The notes: generated by a model from the sequence alone, not told the origin. Counted from the first letter of the stretch, positions 46,887 through 59,944 are shown. The stretch is 64,000 nt of DNA from Massalongia carnosa (GCA_965645245.1 OZ287075.1:1984001-2048000), one strand, 5' to 3'. Made by a program: numbers and translations.

Positions 46887-49090
46887 TCAAACTAATCTTG
46901 ACTTTCCTCCTTCCCCCCTCCCTCCTGCCAACGCCTCCTTCCCCGCCCTCTCCTCTTCTAAAAACCCCGCCTGCTCCCGCCGGCTCTGCGCCACATCCAC
47001 AAACGCCCAGACGATCAGCATGGCGGCCGCGCTGGTTGCGGCCAGGAAGTAAAACGGCAGCGAGCTGTTGCCCGAGGCGGACGCGTCGATTATGGCGCTC
47101 GAGATGATGGGGCCGAGAAACGAGGTTGTGGTGCCGGCGGCGTTAAAGAAGGAGAAGAAGAGGAACTCATGCCCGCGCGGGGTGATTTCGGAAATCTTGG
47201 TATCGTGGGGCCCCTCCCCCAAACCGTCAGCTTGCACGGTTGTGTGGAATTGCAGCCGTGGGCCGGGTAAAAAGAAACAAGGGGGGGATCAGGGGCTAAA
47301 AGGAAAGAGAGGCCAACCATGATTTGTGAGTAGCTGAAATACGGCGAGACGAAGCCGCCCCACCACACCTGGAACAGCCAGAATTCCCACGGCCGGTGGA
47401 AGCCGATCCGCTGGCTCCAGATGCCGAGCAGGCCCCAAAGGTCCATAAGCACGATGCAGCTACTCACGCCGAGGAACATGGTCTTGTTGTCGAGGCCGTA
47501 TTTGCGCTGCAGGAGCCAGTAGCCATACACGCCGAAGAATTGCGTGGCCCAGCCGACCATGTTCAGGTAATTCAGCGTGATGATGTTATACTCCACTACC
47601 GTGATTTGAAGGGTCGATATGACGATGCTGGTGGTGGAGAGGGCGTCGTTAAGGAGGAAGTAGCCTTCCGGGGGGGTTAAGAAAAGAAGTCAAAGGGAAT
47701 CTGTGCGATCAACCCTGGGGGATTTTCAGTGACGCACCGAGCAGGTAAAACAGACTCTGCCTCAGTCTCCAGATCTGCGTGCCCGTTTGGTACCACTGCC
47801 ACATTCCCGCTTTTAAAATGCTCATGTCCGCCGGCGGAGCTTGCCCCGGTCGCCGTTTCTCCAGGAAGAACCATGGCAGCGCCAATACGAAGGCGATGGC
47901 CGAGCCGAACGCGAGGATGACCGAGATGCTCCAATTGCCTTGCGCATCGCTCGCGTTGGCGTTAAGCGCATATAGGATCCCCCCGCACACCGCCAGGACC
48001 ACAACTTGCACGGGCGCCACCACGGTGCCAGCTATGTTGAAGAGTCTGCTGCGGTTCAGGCTGTCGGCTTGGTCGTAGTCGGCGCGGGAAATGGCACCAA
48101 GACTCAGCTCCATTGCTTTTTGTCGCAGCGCCGGGGTGTTACGCGCCAGACTGGGAAACCTGGATTTGGGTCAGTTATATGTGGCCGAGGAAGGCATGTT
48201 TTTCCTGCTTGGGAGATGTTCTTACGCGGCGGCCCAGAAGGAATACGCCACCGTGTAGAGGGCGCCTAAAAATGACTTCTCAGTGGGGAAACGGCCGGGC
48301 CAAGGGATATACGCCGTGTTTCTACTCACTGCCTACAATGTAAAGCACAGCCGAACTCTGCCATTCATCCGGCGTGTAGACGCCCAGCCACGCAATTCCG
48401 ACCACAACCACAGCCAAGGTTTGAAAGATAAGGATATTGGGCCGCCAGGTCCCAAAATCTGCACAGAGTTTTAGCTTCCACAGCTGCGCGTTAGCGAAAA
48501 TGGAGAAATCATAGGAAATTCAGCGCAACCACATGCCTGCAAAGCTCCCAAGAACAAGCAATAGAACCACCTGGATGGAGAACGAGATACCATTTGCGAG
48601 AAGCACTATGCTATTTATATTGCGATCCCTGGGGGCCGGTAAATGTAAATAGAAATCAGCCTTCGATTGAACCCGGTTCGGTATGAGTTCACCTTCCTGC
48701 GAAGCGCAACACGCCCGCGCTGCCCGCGGCTTGGTTTAGCAGATTCTGAAAGGCAACCGGGGCATATTGCTGCATCATCAGGCTGCTATTGCCCATGAAC
48801 CAGGCATAGTAAGCCCAAATCTCGAGTTTGGATGCGGCGAAGCGCAGGTCGAATTGATCGGACGCGATGGGCTGCTGCTCATCAAGCAAACGCGGTGGAT
48901 TATGGAGGTCATCGTCGGGATGGTGCGGAGAATATGTATCGATTGCATCCACGTCATGAAGTAATGCGGTGTCCTGTGCGGGCATAATGTCCTGTTTGCC
49001 ACCGTTTTCTTCCTGTTCGTCGTCGCTGGCGTCGGCGTCGTTATCAGCAGCGTGCGCAGAGGTCGTGGGAAGTAGAGCTTGCATCTCCAT
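46887..49090 (-). CDS. ATG22-family MFS vacuolar amino-acid efflux transporter
   Basis: Seven exons splice in frame: EIWAYYAWFMGNS..YAPVAFQNLL / INSIVLLANGISFSIQ..GSFA / DFGTWRPNILI / FWAAA / FPSLARNTP..LPWFFLEKRRPGQ / YFLLNDAL..WEFWLFQ..YSQIM / ISEITPRGHEFLFFS..SFLGPIISSAI. Confidence 0.9.
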
Positions 49091-49816
49091 CCTGCGAGAT
49101 GGGGGGGTCTGTTAAATAACTATCGGCGTGTACTCGTGTCACTAAGTTGGGCCGGCTTCATCGTGACGCTCTACAATTTCTTCCTCACAAGGCTAAACAA
49201 AGAGTTGTGGGCGTGACTGCGTTCTCCCCTATCCATCGTGGGTTGATGTGTGTGGGGCAGTCGGTTGAATGCATGTTTAACCTGTAGTGTGCAGTATGTA
49301 ACCATGCGCGCGTGCACATGACATACGAGGCGTTGTCGCTTGTTTGATCAGGGGGCAACACGTTACAAGAAAAATGGGATCAGATGAAGAACTTGTGGAT
49401 TTTCCGAGAAACATTCATTGATTGAAGTAGTGTATATAGATCAAATAGTCGAGCGATTCTACCTTGAGAGAATGACTTGGTCGTCTGATAGCTAGTTTAC
49501 CCCTAAAGGACGTCTCACAAAAGGGCGTGACCATCAACTAACATCAAGTCCTGTCGTCATGAATGGCCGCGTTTCTAACCTCTTGCTTTAGAGGTGTCCA
49601 GGCTTGTATATATGCACAGTACATCGTTGAGTAAACGTATCTTGCAAGTGAAATCGCCAAAACCGGGCTGGAAACCTACCCATTAAATCAGTTGATTGCT
49701 GTGTAAAATGATTTGGCCTTTGATATCATCATCACACCCAAGCGCTCCTCCTCCCTGAGGTTGACGTCTAACCTCTTACATTTAAATATCTTCCACCTCC
49801 AATACCTTTACAGAAT

Positions 49817-52800
49817 ATGGATTACACTGAACCATGTACCGAACCGGAAGAAACGGCGGCCGTCATTGTCAAAGCCGACGAGGTGGACGAGGCTGGCGCG
49901 GATATTTCGACAATCGTTCCAAACGATTCCTCAAGCGCCGAGTTTGATGAGCGCATTGAGTCTCGAAGAGCTCAAGATGCAGAGACGGGAGGGAATCCCA
50001 AGGTTCTGGCAAACGCGGCTCCCAGCGCGCCCAAATGGTGGGGCCGCCCAGCACTGCGTCGTGACGGCTCCGCCCCCCCGCCCCCGCCCCCGCAACCCCC
50101 ACCTCCTACCCCGCCTCAGCAACGGGAGGAGCCAGGCAATCCTACAGACTCCTTGAGTCTGATGCAGTTGAAGAAACTTGTGACCGAGCTACCCAAGTTC
50201 GAGCCCACTGCCTACGCCTTCGAGTACGAGGATACACGAGCGTTTCCGGAAGAGTTGGAGGAATGGTTTCAATATACCGAAGAGGATAGGTACACGTTGC
50301 TACGAGCGAAGCAGACCTTTGAAGATCAATGGGGACAAGCTCAAGCTGAACGGGTGGGAACGTCGGGCAAGGCCAGAGGATGGACGGATGTTGAGCCTGT
50401 GGATCGGGAGAACTTTGTGGTTGGAGCAGTCCGGGCGCTGGCGAATTCCGAAGCCACGACCAGAATCAAAAGCCTGGAGTGCATATCATACATTGCTCTT
50501 GGTGTATGGGGAGAAACTGCGGGGTTGGAGGATGGACGTAGGAGCCCGGAGAGGAGCGAAAGTGATGGCAAGGTCTTGGGTGAGCACTACAACGGATCTA
50601 GAATCCAATTGAATTGGATTCGTGATGGGGCAAGGTTGCTCTGTAAGACTGCTGCGGTGCAGCAAATAGTCGATATGCTGAGGAGAGTTTATGAAAGTCA
50701 ACAGTGAGTCCTCCATTCTATATTTTGCAAAGTGTTACTGATAATGCTTGAGCATAGAGACTCTGGCCAATTGGCCGATGAGCAGGCAGCGAGTGATGAG
50801 CACTCTAAATCTTCCCGGTTCTTGGCCCAAGTGGAAATAAGTCATGCGCTTACAACTCTCTATACCCTTGTCGAAATTGGCCGCTCGCAAGACGATGTAG
50901 CGAACGAGTCAACTGTGCAGGCAGTATCCGGTAAGGCCATAGTTACCGTTTTCATGAAATCACTAACGGTCTTTCGTAGCCACCGACTTGCTGATCTTCC
51001 TTACCAAGGCTATTGCAAGGCTCCGGTGGGAAGAATCGCCCATTCTTCCCCTACCAAGGGTGTGTAGCTCCTGAACTTGAATGTCCTGCACCGTCCGCTT
51101 ATTTTCTTACTCCTTAGGTTTTGCTTTTATTTTGGAAAACGATCCTACTTTTGCTCGGTGGTACCAAAGACCTTGAGGGCTGCAAAGCTGCACTTCGCAA
51201 AGGATCTGACGAAACTGCGGACGAGCATGGCGAAGACTTCATCACTGCATCGCCGCTTGATTATCACCTGTTTCGCCAAGAAATAACTTCAAAATATCCC
51301 TCTTACAGCCCACCACCCCCTTTGGTGCCCATCGAGCTAGAAAACAACTCCATCCTACCACCTCTTCCAAACCATCCAAGCCGACGTACTAGTCAAGAGA
51401 ACTTGCACGCAAGAGTAGGGCCCAGCGTAAACGGAGGAGGTTCCATCTTCAATCAGCCTGTACATATCGCAACCCCTGCGCCATCACCTCCGCCTTCGCC
51501 TGCAGGACCAGGCGGGAAAGGCGGGAAGAAGCAGAACTACCAAACCAATCAGAATTTTCCCTTTCTATACCCCCCTTTGGATGAACCCAGTAATACTGTC
51601 AGTGGCAATGGGAAAGCGGAACCGCAGGATCTCTTCGGTGGAAAGCGGTGGGAAGGTAGTGATGTGCCAGCGTCAATACTGGAAGCGGGGCAATTGTTTG
51701 CTAGCAGAATGCGAATGTCACGGTCGATACGGCAGCTATGGGATGTACGGGAAAAGTACATCAAATACGAGAGAGGATGGAATGGGAGGGATGAAGACCA
51801 TGAAGGAAGCGAGGAAGCGCGCAGCGAAACCAACGACGAAGATGACGTGCTTGTTAAATTCGAGTCACCTAGGAATGATTTCGATCCTGAAATGGAGAAA
51901 GAGACGGAAAATGCAGCTGTTCAGCGGCGACTGGACGCAGTGGAGAACTATTATGTATGTCATGATGCTCTAATAGGCCTAATTCAGTGCTTACTTTCTT
52001 CAAAGCGTAACGCGTTGCCATATCTCCAGTCACTTGTTATCGTCCTATGGAAGGTAACCTTTGCCAACGTATCGGCAATGGTCTCCCAGACCAACGGTCC
52101 CACTGGGGTACCGAACGGGTTTCCATTTACAGATGATAACGGTGACGGTCAAGGCAAGGGAAGGACCAATCCCAACTCTGCCGTCCAGACAAATGGAATG
52201 CCGCATGGCCAGCTTTCGGAGAATCTGGAAAGCAACAACCTTGCCATCGAGGAACTGAACGCTCTTCGTGCAAGGGAGATTACATCCAAGGCTATTGCGG
52301 GTATTCTTCTCATGCTCTTAAAGTGGTTTAAACTATCTCGTAGGTGATTCCTTCGTCTTCATCAACAAAAAGCTCCGCATCTAACTCATTCATAGACGTC
52401 CTTAAATTCGAATATCTCACCCAGCTCCTCCTCGACGCGAATTACCTTCCTCTAATCCTCAAACTCTTTGCTCATCAAGACATTGATAAAGCCGTAGAGC
52501 AGAAAAACGACCGAGCAGATCTCGAGTAAGCCCTTGTCCCACTTCCCTCCAACTCGTGCTCAACCCTCGTCCTAAACCACTCTAGCTTCTTCCAATTTTG
52601 CCGGACTAGCTGCAACCACCCGCCTCCTCCATCCCCTCAACCCCCCCTCTCCTCACCCTCTCCATCTTCATCAGAAGATGAAGCACAACCCCCTCCAATC
52701 CTTACCCATCGCCGCTCCCCAGCCACCAACTCCTCTCCTCCCCAACCCTCCTCACCATCCATTCATCTCTCCCAACCACTTCCGGGTCAACAACCTCAGC

Positions 52801-53510
52801 AACAGCAACAACAACGCCCGGAAGTCGACGAGTTCGGCTACCCGACCACCAACATCCCATCCTCTCCCATTACCGCCTACTCCCCTCGCTTCTTCTTCAC
52901 CACCATCACCCTCCTGCGGCTCCTCCAAAAGATCACCAAGCGCAAGGCCCATCGCGCCCTCCTCCTCGTCCAGTACAAATCCAGCACCATCCTCCGCCGC
53001 GCCCTCAAGATCCCCCAGCCCCAGCTGCGCCTGTACACGCTGAAGCTTTTCAAGTCACAGGTCCCATACTGCGGCCGTAAATGGCGCCAGGCCAACATGC
53101 GCGTCATCACGGCCGTGTACCTGCATTGCCGGCCGGAGCTGCGCGACGAGTGGCTCTGCGGCGGGGACGTGGACGGCGTGGTGGAGGAGGCCGTTCCGCT
53201 CGAGCAGGCCGGGCGCGCGCTAGTACATTGGTGGCATCTGCGAGGATATCGCGATGTGATGGAGGGCGGTGGCGGAGGCGGCGGGGGGGATGGGAAGGAT
53301 GCGAAAGGGGGAGCGGCGGGGGAGAGGAGGGATGAGGGGAATTTTTTTGAGAGAGAGCTAGAGAGGATGGGGTGGGGATCAAATGGAGGGGGAGCGGGCG
53401 CTGGTGTTAGTAGTGGCGGTGGGGACGAGGAGGACGGGCCGGAGGGAGGGGGCGGCGGAGGGAGGAACGAGTGGGACGGTGGTCCGTTGGTGCTGGAGGG
53501 ATGGACTTGA
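49817..53510 (+). CDS. FAR11: STRIPAK subunit Far11/HAM-2/STRIP1 (N1221 + DUF3402 domains)
   Basis: PTDSLSL.QLKKLV, FEYEDT..FPEELEEWFQY, ITASPLDYHLFRQEITSKYP, KQNYQTNQNFPFLYPP, LLKWFKLS/DVLKFEYLTQLLLD, GRKWRQANMRVITAVYLHCRPELRDEWL. Confidence 0.95.
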
Positions 53511-54073
53511 GGTTATTTTGGGGGGAATGGAATAGGGGCTAGGCTTACTTTATTAATTACTTACTTACTCGCTCCCTTCAGGGGGATTCTAACTGAGCGA
53601 TTGACAGACCTGGAGATGAATGGGCGAATGGAGATACGTAGCTTAATCTTCCTCTCTACCTGCCTGCCTGCCTGCCTGCCTATTTACCTGCCAGTATCCT
53701 CTGCTTTTCTTTTCTTTCCTTTCCTTTCCTCTCTTTCTTACTTCCTCTTCATCTGCCCTCCCCTCCCCTTTCTCAAATCCCGCTCCACCCCCCCAACAAC
53801 CCAATCTAGCAACTAGCAACTAGCAACTAGCTCTATAGCTGGGGAAATAGATAAGAGGCTGAGACGGCGACTAATAGTAGTGATGGTAGCGATAAAAGAG
53901 AAGGACCATCTCTCCATGTTGACGACATCTCTGCCTAAATGAGGGGATAGGTAGCTACTACATATCCACCAGATCGCTGGGACGGGACGGGACAGGACTT
54001 GGGCTCGATTATTGCATTTTCTCGCCGCGTACATGAATACCGCTCACCGTCTCCCCACTCCCTAGCATTTCTC

Positions 54074-55174
54074 TCATCCAAACCCACCCACAACCCCCCT
54101 GAAAAGCTCCCCGATGACCCTCCCGCCCAGCACCGTCTCCCTCACCACCTCCCCTACCCGCTCCGGCTCTACCCGCCCATACCAGATCCCTTTCCCCGCC
54201 AAGGGGCTCAGCTCCCCTCGTCCCCCTCCATCATCCCTGCTTCCCCGTCCGCTTCCTGCCGTCCTGGCGGGTGCTGGGACTGCGAGCGGGAACGGGACGT
54301 AGCCGGGGGGGATGTAAATAATGACGTTCCCAGCAAACGCGTGACCGCCGATGTGACTCGTAAGCGCGCACTTCGCGGCGCTGCCGTCGTCGGGGAGATG
54401 GAGCCGGAACTGCGCGAGCAGGAGGGGCCCGTAGATCCCGCAGCGCTGGTCGCGCGAGGCGTGCCCGCAGACGAGAACGACAGGGTGGCTGATCGGTCGC
54501 GATGGCGGGAATAGCGCAGTGGACCGCTTAGCGTTCGACGAGGATGGCGACGTGGATGGTGATGTGCTTGTACCGTTTTTGGAAGTGGGCTGGGCGGCGG
54601 CGCGAGAACCGTTGTTTCGGCGAAGGAAGTCCTGCACGAAGCCGCGACGGCCTTCCGCTGTGTTGGGGATACTTGGGAAGTATCGGAAACTAGGGAATAG
54701 GTATGCTGACGCGAAGCCTGCGCCGTTCTCATTACTAGTCTCAGACTCGAACGAGGAGTTCGTTATGAGGACTGGATTCTCTGGCTACTTCGCATGTGCG
54801 TCAGCATGATTCCACCTATCAGAGCTAGTTTTTACTTTCAGGCCAAGAGAGAGAGAGAAGGGTGGGGGCTTTACGTCAAAATACTCCCCTCTCCTGCCCA
54901 GCAGCTCCTTCAGCCCCCGAGCCATTTCCGAGGGGTTTGAATCGCCGTTTTCGATGCGCGAGGGCCAGTCCGCACAGCCGGTGCTAAGGACTAAGTGCTG
55001 CGCGTGCAAGGGGATGGTGTTGGCTAAGGGAGTGGTTCGGTCGATGCAGAGGTTGCAGGGGAGGATGGGGGGAGTGGGAGCGGAAAGGAGAGGGGGAGGG
55101 GGATGGGGGTGACTGTTGTGGAGGCTGCGGTGGGGGAAGGAGAGCAGGTAGGTCGATTTCAGGCGCGGTTTCAT
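54074..55174 (-). CDS. AIM32: Sucrase/ferredoxin-like (thioredoxin-like 2Fe-2S) protein, Aim32/Apd1 family
   Basis: HLVLSTGCADWPSRIE, intron, then VLITNSSF..VLVCGHASRDQRCG..SHIGGHAFAGNVIIY..GIWYGRV. Ligand pattern is CX8C..HX3H. N-terminus resembles a mitochondrial presequence. Confidence 0.85.
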
Positions 55175-55347
55175 CTTTATACTGGGAGAGAAAACGGGCG
55201 TGGTAGATGGGATGATGTTTTGGGACACTGCTAAATGGGCGGAGTTGATGCGTCTCGGCTCATCCCCGGCGAAATATTCTTTACCCACATCGCAACCTCC
55301 TGCCCTCAAGCTCAAAAATCATCCAATTGGGAAATCCAAATGTCTGA

Positions 55348-56515
55348 ATGCCCCGCATCCCAACCCCCCTCCTTCGCCGCGCCTACGATATCAATCCGCT
55401 CCTCCCTCTCCTCCTCCGCACAGTTCGCGACCTTCCATCCGCCCGCAACGAGCTCCGTTGGCTTCGGGAGCACACCTTCGCCATTACCGGTCCTCTGAAA
55501 GCAGGCTCTGGGCGGTCACCATGGAAAGCGCTCCTCTACAGATTGTGCGTGGAGCGGTCGAAGGGGAAGCCGTTGCAGTATATCTTAGGCAATCAGCCGT
55601 TTGGGGAGTTGGAAATTATTTGCAGAAAGGGCGTTTTGATCCCACGGTCGGGTTTAAGGGATCTTGTACTGCGAATGTGCAGCTTATGGGGATCATTTAT
55701 CTAGGCCTGAAACGGAAGCGTACACAACGCGAATTGCCCGTTTGATCCTCAAATCCTTTGTTGGGAACCGCTCCTCTCCTACGAATGAACCCTCCACAGG
55801 CGAGCCTAAGTTGCGCGTGCTAGACCTCTGCACGGGTACAGGCTGCATCTCGCTTTTGCTCCATGCTCTCCTATCCAAAAGATTTTCTCGACTTGAGATA
55901 CTCGGCATTGATATCTCACCCAAAGCAATTTCATTGGCAAGCCAAAATCTACATCACAATATAGCTATGGGTCATCTAGCTCCTGTTGCCAAGAAACAAG
56001 TACGCTTCTTAAAGAGGGACGTATTTCGTTATTATGATTTTGCGGAAAGCGAATGGGATCTGGTCATCTCAAACCCTCCGTACATATCTCCTCGCGGCTT
56101 CAATCGTGACACATCACGCTCTGTCCGGAGTTACGAGCCTAGAACAGCCCTTGTGCCGCCGCACGATATTGACGTACCGGATGAGTTGGATGTCGCAGAG
56201 AAAGATTTCTCGATAGGTGATGCGTTTTACCCCACACTGCTAGACATTGCCGAATGGACAAACGGGCAAATCTTAGTAGCGGAAGTAGCAGACATGGAAC
56301 AGGCGCGACGGGTTGTTACCCGAGCAGTTACTCGTAATCATTGGAACAAATTGGAAATTTGGCGAGATTGGCCTGACTGTAGGATGGTGTCAGATTGTGT
56401 CATTAGCGGAACTACCATCAAAGTCATCGGCGAAGGAAATGGGAGGTCGGTCCTTGCATGGAAGTCTGGTCATATTCAGGCTCTGAATGAACAGCAGGAT
56501 AGAAATGATCTTTGA
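55348..56515 (+). CDS. MTQ1: HemK/PrmC release-factor glutamine N5-methyltransferase, mitochondrial type
   Basis: PLQYILGNQPFG..VLIPR, intron 55647-55704, then PETE, VLDLCTGTGCI, ISNPPYI and YEPRTAL. Confidence 0.92.
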
Positions 56516-56517
56516 TC

Positions 56518-57693
56518 TTAAAGCTTCCAGACCTCCCACGCCCTTGGATTGATTTTTTTCAAGATGCCACCAAGAGACCCTTGTAACTCTTGACCACCAA
56601 CCCATACCTTGGGTCCGGAGTAATGCCTGGTGAACCCTTCGGGGCCGGATATTAACAGCAAGCGTTTCTGGGGAGAAGAATCAAGTGTAAATTGAGATCC
56701 TGGCTTATCAGCGCTGGAGAAATGATTCAGGAGTATACGCTCAGTAATGTAAGTGCTTTCCTCATCAAAAAAGTAGTCAACAGTCATATTCCCTTTCATT
56801 TTGTCCTTTAAAGTTTGAAGCTCTTTCACGACAGATGATGGAACTAATTCGGGAGGGGCTTGATTCTGAATTGGCGTCCCTGCGATGGAAAACATTTTAT
56901 TCCAATCCATTGAAGAATCATTTCGCAATCGTGCTGTATCGCTCGTCCCGCCCAAGGCATCTTGCCTTCTCCTATTTGCCCACAGTATCCGCATTTTCGG
57001 AATTATATCATTTGACTTTCGATATTCAAAGAGATGATACGCCACTTGCAAAGCGGGTACTATCCCAGTGCCACCAGCAAGAAACAAGATCTCGCCAACA
57101 TCCTCAGAGACTTCATAATCCACATTCGGACCTCGGAGCTCAATAGTTGCTCCGAGAGGCAAGTTATGGAGATAGCTAGATACTTCTCCCTGTGGTTCCC
57201 GTCGGATAAGCAAGCGCAAGTTCGAAGTATTCTGTTCCCCTTGAGCTGGTGGAAGTGGCGTGTATGATCTTGCAATTTGAAGTTGCGGCTGTTTTACTTG
57301 AATACTCCAGACGCCTTTTTTCCATGCGCCTTCATAGATGCTAGAGTTATTTTTGGAGGAAATAGGTTTCAATGTAAAGATACGACAAGTTGGAGAGATG
57401 AATTCTTTTGATGTTAATGTAAAAGGTGTGAATTTTGATGGCTGCAAGGGTATCTGTTGATTTATATCATCCGAAAACCAGTAAATTACGACAAGAGCAG
57501 TGCTCGACGTAGCAGCTACTCCAAACGCAGCCCACGAAACCAGATCTTTGGTATTTTTGGCTCTTTTTCGGTTGGATAAGTTAGATTTTCCGCGAACATT
57601 GATGAGTTTTGATGATCGTAAATTTTGCTGGACAGGGCTATTGTACAGATGGTAAGTTCTTGAAAGGCTATGTCGCTTGACAGAAAACTGCAT
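56518..57693 (-). CDS. CYC2: FAD/NAD(P)H oxidoreductase of the cytochrome-b5-reductase/FNR family, Cyc2-like
   Basis: Single exon. KQPQLQIARSYTPL (RxYT motif), GEVSSYLH, LAGGTGIVP, ISGPEGF and QGSLGGIL, with an N-terminal TM segment. Confidence 0.85.
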   Translation of the reverse strand: MQFSVKRHSLSRTYHLYNSPVQQNLRSSKLINVRGKSNLSNRKRAKNTKDLVSWAAFGVAATSSTALVVIYWFSDDINQQIPLQPSKFTPFTLTSKEFISPTCRIFTLKPISSKNNSSIYEGAWKKGVWSIQVKQPQLQIARSYTPLPPAQGEQNTSNLRLLIRREPQGEVSSYLHNLPLGATIELRGPNVDYEVSEDVGEILFLAGGTGIVPALQVAYHLFEYRKSNDIIPKMRILWANRRRQDALGGTSDTARLRNDSSMDWNKMFSIAGTPIQNQAPPELVPSSVVKELQTLKDKMKGNMTVDYFFDEESTYITERILLNHFSSADKPGSQFTLDSSPQKRLLLISGPEGFTRHYSGPKVWVGGQELQGSLGGILKKINPRAWEVWKL

Positions 57694-58050
57694 TTGTTTA
57701 GAAGCCCAGCTCTAGAATAAATCCACAAGACACGTATAAGAACAAACGATATATATGAAATATAAGAGATCGAGGAAGATCTCCTGTAGAATAGAGGATT
57801 AACTAGTTATATGGTACTCCGTAGTTAGACGGATAACGGCAAATCTTCCCGATAAGCGCAGCTTCTTTTCAAGACTCGGATTTCGAGTTTTGAAAAACAT
57901 TCCTTGAAGAAAACCAGCTTCTGCTTGAACTCTGAAGCCTGATGACTTGATGGTCCCTCTTAACTAAAGCTGCTACGGTTATATCCTTCTTTCTAACTCC
58001 ATCATGTCCTCCGAACTCCCATAATTCTCCACCGTACCCCAGATCCAGCC

Positions 58051-59944
58051 ATGTCGCGTGTTGGCTATGGAAACATCAATAGCTCCTTTGCTCACCCTAC
58101 TCGAGACTCCTTGGAACTTGCTTCTCTTGCCTCATCCTCGCCAAAATTACCTCAGAGCCCCGACTCCTCCCGTTCTGGCGTCTCGTCTTCCCGCAAAGTC
58201 TCCTCTTCCAATGATGAGCCCATATCCGCCTCCAATCTCGAGGGCACCGCTCGCCCCAGTCCTCATCCCCGATCATTCTCGATATCCTCAACTTTTGATT
58301 TTGCCTCCAACCTCTTCCCCCTGTCGTCCAGTGCGGCAGGTTATTCCGTTCTTGGTACGCCTACCGCTGGACCTCTCGATCTTAACGGCGTATCGCTTGA
58401 AAAGCACAAATCCCTAACTTACCTCAATGGGCTCTCTCTAATCGTAGGATTAATAATTGGCTCCGGAATTTTCTCCTCTCCTAGTCAAGTGAATACTAAT
58501 GCTGGCTCGCCTGGTGCGTCGCTGATCGTCTGGACCATAGCCGGACTCCTGGCCTGGACCGGAGCTGCGAGTTATGCGGAGTTGGGAGGGGCGATACCAC
58601 TTAATGGGGGCGCGCAAGTGTATTTATCAAAAATCTTCGGAGAGCTGGCTGGATTCAGCTTCACTTGGTGCGCAGTATTTGTGCTCAAGCCTGGGTCTGC
58701 GGCCATTATTTCTATAATATTCGGGGAATACGTGGTGCGAGCGGCGATTGGAGCAGAGGCGGAAAATGTAAGTGCCTGGATCAACAAAGGGGTGGCACTT
58801 GCAGGCTTGGTAATGGTTACGCTCCTGAATTGTATTTCGACTAGGCTGGGTACCAGAATTGGAGACGTGCTCATGTTCATGAAGTTCGTCGCTCTCTTTG
58901 GTATCACGATTACCGGCATTGTCGTTGCTGCTACAGGTTTCACATGGCATGGCAAACCTAACATGGACTGGAAGACGACCGGTTGGTTTGTAGGCACAAG
59001 CTCTGATCCTTCAAGCTGGGCTGTGGCGTTATATGCCGGTCTTTGGGCCTTCGATGGCTGGGATAACGTATTCATTCCTCTTTCTCTAATTCTGCCATCC
59101 CTTACTAATCTCTCCAAAGACCAACTACGTCGTTGGCGAATTCATCTCCCCTAACCGCGACCTCCCCCGCGTCATCCACACGGCCATGCCCCTTGTTATC
59201 CTCTCCTATCTCCTTGCCAACATCGCCTACATCTTCGTTCTCCCATCGATGACCATCTCCTCTTCAACAACCATAGCCGTTCAATTTGGCTCGGTTGTCT
59301 TCGGCCCTGCTGGTTCTCTTGCCCTCGCCCTCATCGTCAGCGCCAGCTGCTTTGGCGCGCTAAACGCTACAACTTTCACCAGCGGCCGCCTCGTCTACGC
59401 CGCTGGGAAAGAAGGCTTTCTTCCCGAGCTCCTTGGCCGCATCGGCATGCCTAGGACCTTAGCCGATGCCGGTGCGTCTACCCGCTCCCGAACGACCTCT
59501 CACGTAGCAAGGTTCCTTTCGCGTCTCGTCGGTGACGAGAACGGTTGCGTGGGCTTTACGCCTATCAGCGCCATGGTCTTCAATGCGCTCCTATGCGCAG
59601 CCTACGTCGTCGTTGGCGAGTTCGGCACCCTGGTTACCTTTTACGGCGTTGCAGGGTACACGTTCTACTTCCTTACCGTTTTAGGTCTCATCGTATTGCG
59701 CGTGCGCGAGCCGTACCTTGACCGGCCCTATCGTACCTGGATTAGCACGCCCATCATTTTCTGCTGCGTCAGCCTCTTTCTGCTGAGCAGGGCGGTCTTC
59801 AAGCAGCCGGTGCAGACATTGATGGTGTTGGGGTTTGAGGGTGTGGGTGTTGTGGTATATTACTGGCGAGTGAGGCGAAGAGGGGGGAGGAGAAAAGGAG
59901 ATATGGTTGGATGGAAGTTTTGGAGAAGGTGGGGAAGGAGTTGA
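58051..59944 (+). CDS. APC-superfamily L-type amino-acid transporter (LAT/Mup-like)
   Basis: GLIIGSGIFSSP, SYAELGGAIPLNGG, YAGLWAFDGWDN, intron ~59068-59119, then TNYVVGEF..PNRDLPRVIHTAMP, TSGRLVYAAG and LRVREPYLDRPY. Confidence 0.93.
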
